Shown here: positions 40,871 through 48,516 of the stretch, in pieces
How the letters are laid out: the number at the start of each line of letters is the position of its first letter
Numbering within the stretch: the first letter of the stretch is position 1
From: Nanobdellota archaeon
Lineage (GTDB): Archaea > Nanobdellota > Nanobdellia > SCGC-AAA011-G17 > PNOQ01
Direction of reading: 5' to 3'
NCBI GenBank assembly: GCA_018829185.1
Contig: JAHJUI010000014.1
Location: 1-56,680 of the forward strand
DNA: 56,680 bases
Notes under the pieces: generated by a model
Databases searched by the model: none
Seen by the model: the letters and a program-made list of their open reading frames with translations, nothing else
Told to the model about the DNA's origin: nothing
Position numbers and translations under genes: made by a program

Positions 40871-41277
40871 AATTTAAATTTATTGAAAATTTAACTTCAG
40901 ATGTTATGTTTGAAGCTTATGGCAAGGATTTAAAGGAATTATTTGAAAATTCTGCTATTGCCTTATTTAATGTTATTTGTAAAATTAGTAAAGTTAAAAC
41001 TATTAAATTTGTAGAAGTTGAAATTGAGGGGGAGAATATTGAAGATTTACTAATTAATTGGTTACAGGAGTTAATTGCTTTGGTTGATATCAAAGAAATG
41101 TTTTTTTCTAAATTTGAGATTTTAGAAATTTCTGAGAAAAAATTAAAAGCTAAGGTTTATGGAGAGAAAATAAGTCCTGAAAAAGGAGAGACTGTTGTTA
41201 AGGCTGTAACTTATCATAATTTTAAATTAGAGAAAAATAAAAAAGGTTATACAACAAGGGTTGTTTTTGATATTTAG
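40867..41277 (+). CDS. archease (RtcB activator)
   Basis: FKFIENLTSDVMFEAYGKDLKELFENSA...VKAVTYHNFKLEK...TRVVFDI. 136 aa. Confidence 0.85.
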   Translation: MKFKFIENLTSDVMFEAYGKDLKELFENSAIALFNVICKISKVKTIKFVEVEIEGENIEDLLINWLQELIALVDIKEMFFSKFEILEISEKKLKAKVYGEKISPEKGETVVKAVTYHNFKLEKNKKGYTTRVVFDI

Positions 41278-41281
41278 CTTA

Positions 41282-41317
41282 CCACTGTGACAAGTGCGCA
41301 GGAAGGATTTATAAATG
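41282..41317 (+). promoter_or_regulatory. short form of the conserved element (CCACTGTGACAAGTGCGCAGG) plus TATA box
   Basis: Same 5' CACTGTGACAA and GT(A/G)CG core as at 3944-3968 and 20291-20316. ATTTATAAAT follows, then the ATG (41338) about 22 nt downstream. Confidence 0.5.
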
Positions 41318-41337
41318 AAAAATTCTGTTTTTATCTA

Positions 41338-42225
41338 ATGGATATAGATTTATATAAACTAATAAGCAAATCAGATTTAGTAAGAATTTCTATTAAAAAA
41401 GAATTTAGATATCATGTTAAAAATAAATTAAAGAATAAATTTGGAACTTTAAAACAAGCTTCTATTGAATTAGGAATAAATTTTGTGACTTTTCAAAATT
41501 GGTGGTTAGGTAGAAGGGGTCCTTTATTGAAGGATTGGTTAAATTTATGTAAAAAACTTGATATTTCTGAAGATAAATGTTTTAAAAATATAGAAAATTT
41601 TTATTCTAACAATCAACGATATTCTATAATGTTTCCTAGGTTTAGGGAAATTGATGAAGAGTTATTAGCAGAGGGTGTTGGTTTGTATATAGCAGAAGGA
41701 ATAACTTCTAAAAATAGTAATGAAATTTCTTTAAGTAATACAGATTTTGGTGTTTTGAAATTTTATATAAAATGGTTAGAGCATTGTTTTGATATCGATA
41801 AAAATAAATTAAATATTTATGTTTATTCTCATGATGAGAATTTTAATAAAAATGATTTAATTGAAAAATGGTTGAAAAAGCTTAAGGTTTCTAGAATAAA
41901 TAAAGTGTATTATTATAAAAAATCTACAAGGGAGTGTGGATTGATCGTTTGCTCAAGATCTATTTTAAGATATTTATTAAATGAATTAATAATTGAAGCT
42001 AAAATTTTGATTAAGGAAGATAAGAAATTAGCCCATGCTTATTTGAGGGGCATTCTTGCCGGAGAAGGACATGTTTATATTGATAAAAATAGACCTATTC
42101 GTTATGTTGAATTTGGATTGAAAAATAAAAAGGAAATTGAATTTATTATTGACTTATTAAATATGTTGGGGATAAAATTCTCTGAGATAGAAAAACCGAA
42201 CTTTACTAACATCATGATTTGTTAG
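41338..42225 (+). CDS. free-standing two-motif LAGLIDADG endonuclease-like protein with an N-terminal HTH
   Basis: LLAEGVGLYIAEGI and AYLRGILAGEGHV motifs. HTH-like TLKQASIELGINFVTFQNW. The TAG stop is followed by 28 more in-frame sense codons ending at the rtcB ATG. Confidence 0.75.
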   Translation: MDIDLYKLISKSDLVRISIKKEFRYHVKNKLKNKFGTLKQASIELGINFVTFQNWWLGRRGPLLKDWLNLCKKLDISEDKCFKNIENFYSNNQRYSIMFPRFREIDEELLAEGVGLYIAEGITSKNSNEISLSNTDFGVLKFYIKWLEHCFDIDKNKLNIYVYSHDENFNKNDLIEKWLKKLKVSRINKVYYYKKSTRECGLIVCSRSILRYLLNELIIEAKILIKEDKKLAHAYLRGILAGEGHVYIDKNRPIRYVEFGLKNKKEIEFIIDLLNMLGIKFSEIEKPNFTNIMIC

Positions 42226-42320
42226 AAGAAGAATTTAGAAAAGTTAATAAATAACGGAGGTTTTGGTTCTAATGAGGAAAGAACTCTTAAGTTGATTAAA
42301 GCTTATAATTCATATAAAAA

Positions 42321-43727
42321 ATGAAAGAAAATTTAAAAAAATTAAACGAATTTGAATGGGAATTAGATAAAACTGTTAGAAAAGAAATGCGGGTTAAAGC
42401 AAAAATTATTGCTAATGATAAGATTATGAATGCGATTGAGAATGAAGCTATAACTCAATTAACTAATGTTGCTTGTTTGCCGGGTATAATTGAACCCGCT
42501 ATTGGCCTTCCAGATATGCATTGGGGCTATGGCCTGCCAATGGGTGCTGTAGGGGCATTTGATGCAGAAGAAGGAATAATCAGTGCCGGACTTTGTGGTT
42601 TTGATATAAACTGTGGAATTAATTTAATTAGAACTAATTTGACTCTTAAAGAAGTTTTAGAAAAACAGAAAGAATTAGTTAGTGCTTTATTTAATAAAAT
42701 CCCTTGTGGGGTTGGAAGCAAAGGAAAATTAAGATTAACAAAAGAAGAATTAAATGAAGTTCTTTTAAATGGAGTTAATTGGGCTTATGATAAAGGTTAT
42801 GCTACTAAAAAAGATATTAAATCTACAGAAGAAAATGGATGTATGAAAGGAGCAGATCCAAGTAAAGTTTCTGATTTAGCTAAAAAAAGAGGATGTCCTC
42901 AATTAGGGACCCTTGGTGCAGGAAATCATTTTTTAGAAATACAAAAAGTTACTGATGTTTTTGATAACAATATGGGTAAAAAATGGGGTGTAATTGATAA
43001 GGATCAAGTTTTGATAATGTTACATTGTGGTTCTCGTGGATTAGGACATCAAGTAGCTAGTGATTATTTGAAAATACAGGAAAAAGCAGTCAAAAAATAT
43101 AATATTTGGTTGCCTGATAATCAATTGGTCTGTGCTCCAGTAAATAGTAAAGAAGGACAAGATTTTTTTGCTGCAATGAAAGCTGCAGTTAATTATTCTT
43201 TTACAAATAGAGCCGTTATTACAAAATGGATTAGGGAAGTTTTTGAAAAAGTATTTAAAAAAGACTGGGAAAAATTAGAAATGGAAAATGTTTATTCTAT
43301 TGCTCATAATATTGTTAAATTAGAAGAGCATACTGTTAATGGTAAAAAGAAAAAATTATATGTTCACAGAAAAGGTGCTACTAGAGCATTTCCTGATATG
43401 CCTGTAATAATTGCTGGCTCAATGGGAACAAGTTCTTACTTACTAAAAGGGACCGATGTTGCTATGCAAAAGACATTTGGAAGCAGTGCTCATGGTGCTG
43501 GAAGAGCAATGTCAAGACATGCTGCTATTAAGAGTTTTAGAGGTGAAGAGATTAGTAAAAATTTGTTGAGTAAAGGTATTGTGAGCAAGGCTACTTCTTG
43601 GAAGAGTTTAGCTGAGGAAGGTCCTTTAGCGTATAAAGATATTGAAGAAGTTATTAATAGTGTTCATGGTGCTGGAATTTCTTTGAAAGTTGCTAGAATG
43701 GAGCCAGTTGGTGTGATTAAAGGTTGA
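42321..43727 (+). CDS. rtcB: RNA-splicing ligase RtcB
   Basis: NVACLPGI, GLPDMHWGYGLPMG, GFDINCG, GAGNHFLEIQ, HCGSRGLGHQ, HNIV, HRKGATRAF, GSMGTSSY, SSAHGAGR. Confidence 0.95.
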   Translation: MKENLKKLNEFEWELDKTVRKEMRVKAKIIANDKIMNAIENEAITQLTNVACLPGIIEPAIGLPDMHWGYGLPMGAVGAFDAEEGIISAGLCGFDINCGINLIRTNLTLKEVLEKQKELVSALFNKIPCGVGSKGKLRLTKEELNEVLLNGVNWAYDKGYATKKDIKSTEENGCMKGADPSKVSDLAKKRGCPQLGTLGAGNHFLEIQKVTDVFDNNMGKKWGVIDKDQVLIMLHCGSRGLGHQVASDYLKIQEKAVKKYNIWLPDNQLVCAPVNSKEGQDFFAAMKAAVNYSFTNRAVITKWIREVFEKVFKKDWEKLEMENVYSIAHNIVKLEEHTVNGKKKKLYVHRKGATRAFPDMPVIIAGSMGTSSYLLKGTDVAMQKTFGSSAHGAGRAMSRHAAIKSFRGEEISKNLLSKGIVSKATSWKSLAEEGPLAYKDIEEVINSVHGAGISLKVARMEPVGVIKG

Positions 43728-43741
43728 GAGCTGCGCTCGGC
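43728..43741 (+). repeat. GC-rich intergenic element, family 1 core GAGCTGCGCTCGGC
   Basis: Starts 1 nt after the rtcB stop. Same + orientation as the copies at 45845, 46884, 47867 and 48446. Confidence 0.6.
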
Positions 43742-43819
43742 TAAGAAAGTTGTTAAGTTGAAACCGCTTATTTCTATAAAAGGATAAGATTTAAATAATG
43801 TTTATTTCATAAAATAATT

Positions 43820-44035
43820 ATGAAAAAACAATTAAGTCTTTTTTTGTTTAGTTTTTTAGCAATCATTTTTATTAGTTCTTCTGTTAATGCACTTGGATGT
43901 TGTGATTATTCTATTCCGCCTGCCCCTTTTAGAATATGTTCTACTTTTATAACTGATTGTGCATCTCATGGGGGAGTTTGGGATCCGATGGGAGAATGCG
44001 AGCCCACTTCTTTTGGGATGGAATGTATCTCCTAG
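43820..44035 (+). CDS. secreted Cys-rich protein, N-terminal part (ends at an in-frame TAG)
   Basis: The signal peptide MKKQLSLFLFSFLAIIFISSSVNA is followed by Cys-rich sequence. Confidence 0.55.
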   Translation: MKKQLSLFLFSFLAIIFISSSVNALGCCDYSIPPAPFRICSTFITDCASHGGVWDPMGECEPTSFGMECIS

Positions 44036-44314
44036 TTTTGTGAAGATGGAACCCCCGTTGGGGAGTGTTTGGAAAATAGACCAAAATATTGCGATGGAGA
44101 TGGAGATATAATTAATAACTGTCAGTATTGTGGGTGTAGTAGTTCTAATTTGGTTTGTGGAAGTGGTGGAGGTTGTTTTCTTCCTAGAAGGAAACTTTTT
44201 GTTAAGGATTTTCTCGAGTTTTCACCGAATAATAATGTAAGTTTTTTAATTCCTTTTGGGGTTTTGTTAATTCTAGCTGGATTAGTATATTTCTATGATA
44301 AGAAAAAAAGATAA
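44036..44314 (+). CDS. continuation of the Cys-rich protein after TAG: Cys-rich module plus C-terminal TM anchor
   Basis: Same frame as 43820..44035. Begins FCEDGTPVGEC...YCDGDGDIINNCQYCGC, the same module as in the RHS protein (CEDGTYHDEC...CDNGELVANCGKCGC). Ends with a TM helix and KKKR. No ATG and no signal peptide of its own. Confidence 0.4.
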   Translation, partial: FCEDGTPVGECLENRPKYCDGDGDIINNCQYCGCSSSNLVCGSGGGCFLPRRKLFVKDFLEFSPNNNVSFLIPFGVLLILAGLVYFYDKKKR

Positions 44315-44473
44315 TTTTTTCTTAAATTATAACAACTTTACAGTAACTACAAAATAGATAACTTTATAAAGAGGAAGATTAACAAATATATTAATAGAGC
44401 ATAATCGACGATGAGATGGCACTTGTTAACACATTTCGCTTTTTCTAGATAAGTGCTACGGAGTAATATAAAA

Positions 44474-45664
44474 ATGAATGAATTTAAAGAATTTAATATG
44501 AGCGATAGCTTACAGTTAGCTATCCAAGATTTAGGATTTACAAAACCTACTCAGATTCAAGCTGAATCTATCCAAGACATAGTTCAAGGAAAAGATATTA
44601 TTGGTGAGAGTGCAACAGGCTCAGGAAAAACCTTAGCTTTTGGTTGTGGAATTGTAGAACAAGTAATTCCTAAACAAGGTTTGCAAGCATTGGTGTTAAC
44701 ACCAACAAGAGAACTTGCAGAACAAGTAAAAGACATGATAAAAGATTTAACAAAAGAGTTAAGAATAACTGCCGTTTATGGTGGAGTTGCTATCAACCCA
44801 CAAATACATGATTTAAACTGGGCAGAAGTTGTTGTTGCAACACCCGGTAGACTTTTAGATCATATGCAAAGAGGAACTGTTGATTTAAAGAAAGTTAAAA
44901 TTTTGGTTTTAGATGAAGCAGATAGAATGCTTGATATGGGTTTCTTAGATGATGTTGAAAGAATTATTCATAGTTGTCCTAGAGATAGACAAACTTTGTT
45001 TTTTTCAGCAACTATTGATAGGAAAATTAAAGAATTATCAAATAAACATATGATTAATCCTAGAAAAGTTTCAGCTGTTAAGATGGTTGATCCTACAAAG
45101 TTAAAGCAAGTTTATTACAATGTTGATAAAAACATGAAGTTGTCTTTATTAGCACATTTGTTACAAAATGAGGAAAAAGATTTAGTTATGGTTTTTTGTA
45201 ATACAAGGAGAAATACTGAATTTGTTACGAAAACACTTAAATTGAATGGGGTTAATGCAACTGCAATTCATGGTGGTTTAAGTCAGAATAAAAGAACAGA
45301 GACTATTACTAGGTTTAATGGAGCCAAGACAAGTGTTTTAGTTTGTACTGATGTTGCTGCTAGAGGATTAGACATTGGTAATGTTTCTCATATCTATAAT
45401 GTTGATTTACCAAAAGATGCAAAAGATTATGTGCATAGAATTGGTAGAACTGCAAGAGCAGGCGAGGAAGGAATTGCTGTGAACTTATTATGTGATTATG
45501 ACCATGATAACTTTAGAAGGATTCAACAGGAATATCCAGAATTTGATATTGAATGTGTTGAAAGGCCTAATGTGAAAAGGATTAACATTCCCGCTATTAA
45601 GAATAATAGACCTAGAAGGGATAATAATTTTAGAAATAGAGGGAATTTTAGACGGAGGTATTAA
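44474..45664 (+). CDS. DEAD-box RNA helicase
   Basis: GFTKPTQIQ (Q motif), SATGSGKT, PTRELA, VLDEADRM, SAT, ARGLD, HRIGRTARAG. RG/RN-rich tail. Confidence 0.9.
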   Translation: MNEFKEFNMSDSLQLAIQDLGFTKPTQIQAESIQDIVQGKDIIGESATGSGKTLAFGCGIVEQVIPKQGLQALVLTPTRELAEQVKDMIKDLTKELRITAVYGGVAINPQIHDLNWAEVVVATPGRLLDHMQRGTVDLKKVKILVLDEADRMLDMGFLDDVERIIHSCPRDRQTLFFSATIDRKIKELSNKHMINPRKVSAVKMVDPTKLKQVYYNVDKNMKLSLLAHLLQNEEKDLVMVFCNTRRNTEFVTKTLKLNGVNATAIHGGLSQNKRTETITRFNGAKTSVLVCTDVAARGLDIGNVSHIYNVDLPKDAKDYVHRIGRTARAGEEGIAVNLLCDYDHDNFRRIQQEYPEFDIECVERPNVKRINIPAIKNNRPRRDNNFRNRGNFRRRY

Positions 45665-45665
45665 A

Positions 45666-45824
45666 ATGGAATATGAAGGAAGAATATTGGAATGTAGAAC
45701 CTTAGAAAGTAGAACACTTGGTAGAGTACTTCAAGGAAGAATCTTAGAAGGTCAAATATTAGAAGGAAGAACACTTCAAGGAAGAATTTTATATAGTGGA
45801 AGACTACCTGAAGAAAAGAAATAA
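45666..45824 (+). CDS. 52-aa micro-ORF made of about nine pentapeptide units
   Basis: MEYEG-RILEC-RTLES-RTLG-RVLQG-RILEG-QILEG-RTLQG-RILYSG-RLPEEKK, with 15-nt DNA periodicity. The ATG lies 1 nt after the helicase TAA. Confidence 0.45.
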   Translation: MEYEGRILECRTLESRTLGRVLQGRILEGQILEGRTLQGRILYSGRLPEEKK

Positions 45825-45844
45825 TCTTTTTCTTTTTTTGTTTA

Positions 45845-45858
45845 GAACTGCGCTCGGC
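45845..45858 (+). repeat. GC-rich intergenic element, family 1 (GAACTGCGCTCGGC)
   Basis: Lies between the micro-ORF and the 3' end of the HEPN gene. Confidence 0.55.
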
Positions 45859-45867
45859 CTTGGAAGA

Positions 45868-46299
45868 TTATTTTAACCTTTTATGGATAGATTCTAAAAA
45901 TTTGATTACTTTCCTTGCATATTCTTCATCAAAGGACTTACCGTAGTATGTTATCCCATTTCTAAAATATCTTAATTGATTTGCAAATTGGATCTCTTTT
46001 TCAGAGAAATTTAGTATTCTTAAATAGGCTACTTCAGCTTCATGTGCTCCTAATCCAGAGGAATTAAAACCTTCTAGTAGCATTTTAGCTCTAATCAATT
46101 CCATGATAATATCGTAAGCATTTTTAATTATGTTGTTTGCGTTTGAATTATTTATTCCAATCTTCTTAATTATATCTATAAGGAAATTATATGATTTTTT
46201 TGATTCTTTCTTTAATGAATTTACCCTAGATTTATCAGGAGATTGTTTTTTAACTATTCCTTCTTTTACAAATTCATTAAAATTTCTTAATGGTTTCAT
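45868..46299 (-). CDS. HEPN-domain protein (toxin-like partner of the MNT gene)
   Basis: All-helical, 143 aa. LRYFRNGITYYGK motif region. ATGA overlap with the upstream NTase gene. Confidence 0.65.
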   Translation of the reverse strand: MKPLRNFNEFVKEGIVKKQSPDKSRVNSLKKESKKSYNFLIDIIKKIGINNSNANNIIKNAYDIIMELIRAKMLLEGFNSSGLGAHEAEVAYLRILNFSEKEIQFANQLRYFRNGITYYGKSFDEEYARKVIKFLESIHKRLK

Positions 46300-46838
46300 A
46301 ATTCAATTCCTCCAACAAGCACTATTCCTGAAAGTATATTCTCCTTTAACTCTTTTTTGATTTCTTTGAATGAATTGTAGAAGTGTAAACATATCTCTCT
46401 TTCTAAAAGTTTTTCGAATTTTGTTAAATCTATTGTTTTTTCTTTTGAATTGATAATTGCTATGTCTATATCGCTTTTTATTGTATCTTCTCCTTTTGAA
46501 TAACTTCCAAATAAGATTATAGTTGTACCCGGGAATGTTTCTTCTAAGAATTCTTGGAGGGTGGTTTCCTGTATAAATTTTTGATTTTCAATTCTTTTTA
46601 ATTCAATGGTTTTGTGGTTTTCTCTGTTTAGTTGTATTAATTTTAAATTCATTGATTTATCTTTGTTTATAGTTATTAAATTTTCTTTTTCTAATAAGTT
46701 TAAAGAATTATGGATTGCGGTTGGTGAAACTTTTAATAATCTTGATATTTCTCTTTGATTTAATTTATTTGTTTTTATACATAATAATCTAAATATTTCT
46801 AATTGTAAGGCTGTAAACTTAAGTTTATATGTGTCCAT
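46296..46838 (-). CDS. wHTH plus minimal nucleotidyltransferase (MNT) protein
   Basis: NQREISRLLKVSPTAIHNSLNLLEKENLI (wHTH). ILFGSYSKGEDTIKSDIDIAI (GS...DxD Pol-beta NTase motif). Confidence 0.75.
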   Translation of the reverse strand: MDTYKLKFTALQLEIFRLLCIKTNKLNQREISRLLKVSPTAIHNSLNLLEKENLITINKDKSMNLKLIQLNRENHKTIELKRIENQKFIQETTLQEFLEETFPGTTIILFGSYSKGEDTIKSDIDIAIINSKEKTIDLTKFEKLLEREICLHFYNSFKEIKKELKENILSGIVLVGGIEL

Positions 46839-46883
46839 TTTAGTTTATAGGTGTAAACTATAGTTTATAAATGTTTCTTTTTA

Positions 46884-46910
46884 GAGCTGCGCTCGGCAGT
46901 GCACAGTTAC
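46884..46910 (+). repeat. GC-rich element, family 1 long form GAGCTGCGCTCGGCAGTGCACAGTTAC
   Basis: Overlaps the stop codon of HEPN gene 46907..47323. Sits just upstream of the BRE/TATA of the 46838 gene. Confidence 0.6.
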
Positions 46911-47323
46911 AAAATATTTTTTACTTTTTCAATTAACTTAATAATATTTTCCATTATTTCTTTTGCTTCTTCTTTAGAAATATCTTTTCCATAATAATTA
47001 ATTGCATTTCTTAATTTTCTAAAATTATCAAATTCTCTTCCTAAATCATTTTTCTTTAAAATTTCTTTTAAAAAAGCATAATAACATTCATGATTGTAAA
47101 TTTTAAAACCATTTGAAATTGCCAATGCTTCTAGTAATTCCCTTAAAGCTTCATAACTTAAACTTATTTTTGAAGTAGCAGTTGTTTCATTTAAATCAAG
47201 TAAAGATTGAGTTTTTAATTTCTTTTCAGAAGATTTAATTAAAGAATTAGTTAGATTTTTATCTGCTTTAACTTCTTTTACAAGGTCTTTTTTATTGCAT
47301 TCTTCCCAATCCATTTTTACCAA
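46907..47323 (-). CDS. HEPN-domain protein (second copy)
   Basis: FRKLRNAINYYGKD motif region. 138 aa. Overlaps the upstream NTase gene by 7 nt. Confidence 0.65.
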   Translation of the reverse strand: MVKMDWEECNKKDLVKEVKADKNLTNSLIKSSEKKLKTQSLLDLNETTATSKISLSYEALRELLEALAISNGFKIYNHECYYAFLKEILKKNDLGREFDNFRKLRNAINYYGKDISKEEAKEIMENIIKLIEKVKNIL

Positions 47324-47823
47324 CTTCCCGATAATATAAACCCATTTAAAATATTATTTAACAACTCTTTGTTTTTAACGTTTTCCTTTTCTTTAAATGT
47401 AAAAACTTGTATTTTTCTTTTTAATTTATTTTCAAATTCTTTTAAATCTAATTTTTTCTCTGATTTAGTAAAAATAGCTAGATCAATATCTGAATTTTCT
47501 TTTATTTCTGCTTTTGATAATGAACCAAATAAAATTATTGTTGGATTTGTTAGTTTTTGTTCTAAATATTTAGTTAACTCCTTTAATTGTATTTTCCAGT
47601 AAATTCTTGATAGATTTATGAAGATATCATTATCTTTGTTTGCAAAATAAAAAATGTATATTCTTTCTTTTTCTTTTTTTAACAGATTATTGTTTTCTAA
47701 ATTTTTTAATAAAGTAGATGCAGTTGGAGGGCTTATTTTTCTTATTCTTGAATATTCTCTTACATTTATCCTTCTATAAGAATCTTCAAAAAATGGTTTT
47801 AAATCGTTAAATATTTTTAACAT
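47317..47823 (-). CDS. wHTH plus minimal nucleotidyltransferase protein (second copy)
   Basis: ILFGSLSKAEIKENSDIDLAIF. N-terminal wHTH-like part VREYSRIRKISPPTASTLLKNLENNNLL. Confidence 0.75.
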   Translation of the reverse strand: MLKIFNDLKPFFEDSYRRINVREYSRIRKISPPTASTLLKNLENNNLLKKEKERIYIFYFANKDNDIFINLSRIYWKIQLKELTKYLEQKLTNPTIILFGSLSKAEIKENSDIDLAIFTKSEKKLDLKEFENKLKRKIQVFTFKEKENVKNKELLNNILNGFILSGSW

Positions 47824-47866
47824 ATGTTAAATATTCTTAACACTTGTATATAAAGGTTTCTTTTTA

Positions 47867-47898
47867 GAGCTGCGCTCGGCAGTGCTGCGCACAGTTAC
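47867..47898 (+). repeat. GC-rich element, family 1 long form GAGCTGCGCTCGGCAGTGCTGCGCACAGTTAC
   Basis: Same arrangement as 46884-46910, with an extra CTGCG insert. Adjacent to the BRE/TATA of the 47823 gene. Confidence 0.6.
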
Positions 47899-47911
47899 GA
47901 AAAGAAAGAAT

Positions 47912-48145
47912 TTATTCTCTTGAGGGTTTTCCATACACAGTTTTTCTGTAAACATCAAATAGTGCATAGACTCCAGGTACGTTTTCAAGATGAAAGGATA
48001 TTGTTTTAAGTTGTCTATCTGGATCACATTTCTTTGCTTCAAGAGTTGCTCGTTCAATTACACTATCCAAACAAATTGTTCCGATTCTTTCTGCGAAAAG
48101 CGCATAATCTTTTAATGATTCATCTCGAGGTGTTTTATCTGTCAT
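47912..48145 (-). CDS. hypothetical protein
   Basis: 77-aa ORF with TTTATAAA about 30 nt upstream. The overlapping track ORF 47827..48057 is judged spurious. Confidence 0.4.
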   Translation of the reverse strand: MTDKTPRDESLKDYALFAERIGTICLDSVIERATLEAKKCDPDRQLKTISFHLENVPGVYALFDVYRKTVYGKPSRE

Positions 48146-48445
48146 TTTGTTTATCTTTAAAATAGAATAATACTATAGTTTATAAATCTTTTGATTGTTT
48201 ACCACTTTTAAGTTAATATAGTGTGCGTGTTGTTTTAATCATTAATTCTTTGTTGTTTCCGGATATTGTTCCTGCTACTATTACATTTATTTTATTGTTT
48301 TTTGTGTAAATAGAGTATGGATATGCATAGAATTCTATTTTTAGTTTTTTACATAGTTCTGAGTAGATATCTTGGTTGTCTTTTAGTTTGAATTTGGTTA
48401 TTTAGATAAACTGGTAATTGTCGGTTTGTGTTTAAAGATTGTGGT

Positions 48446-48479
48446 AGAGACCTGCGGTCGGCAGTCCTACGGACAATTA
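48446..48479 (+). repeat. GC-rich element, family 1 diverged copy GAGACCTGCGGTCGGCAGTCCTACGGACAATTAG
   Basis: Upstream of the TTTTTATAAAT box and the ATG at 48517. Confidence 0.5.
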
Positions 48480-48516
48480 GAAAGATTTTTATAAATCTTT
48501 TATCATTCAGAAACTT

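Noticed and set aside
41275-41340. The archease TAG is in frame with the downstream LAGLIDADG ORF, suggesting a possible read-through fusion.
   Set aside because: Archease ends at its natural C-terminus (..TRVVFDI). The 20 intervening codons coincide with the GC-rich promoter element, which simply lacks stops. The nuclease gene has its own TATA box and ATG.
42205-42235. A BHB intron around the LAGLIDADG TAG, using the hairpin CTAACA-N8-TGTTAG.
   Set aside because: Forcing bulges into this hairpin gives a 16-nt excision. That is not a multiple of 3 and creates an immediate stop. The flanks form no outer helix.
45666-45824. 15-nt periodic repeats as a CRISPR array or non-coding satellite.
   Set aside because: There is no repeat-spacer alternation. 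The units are contiguous, form one open frame with start and stop, and vary in a codon-wise manner. No cas genes or CRISPR arrays occur anywhere in the window.
48213-48401. 62-codon minus-strand frame (ITKFKLKDNQDIYSELCKKL...) that opens with ATA right after a TAA, as a possible third ATA-start gene.
   Set aside because: There is no SD and only a weak TATA-like box upstream. No recognisable domain. It may be a decayed gene fragment, and the evidence is too thin to call.
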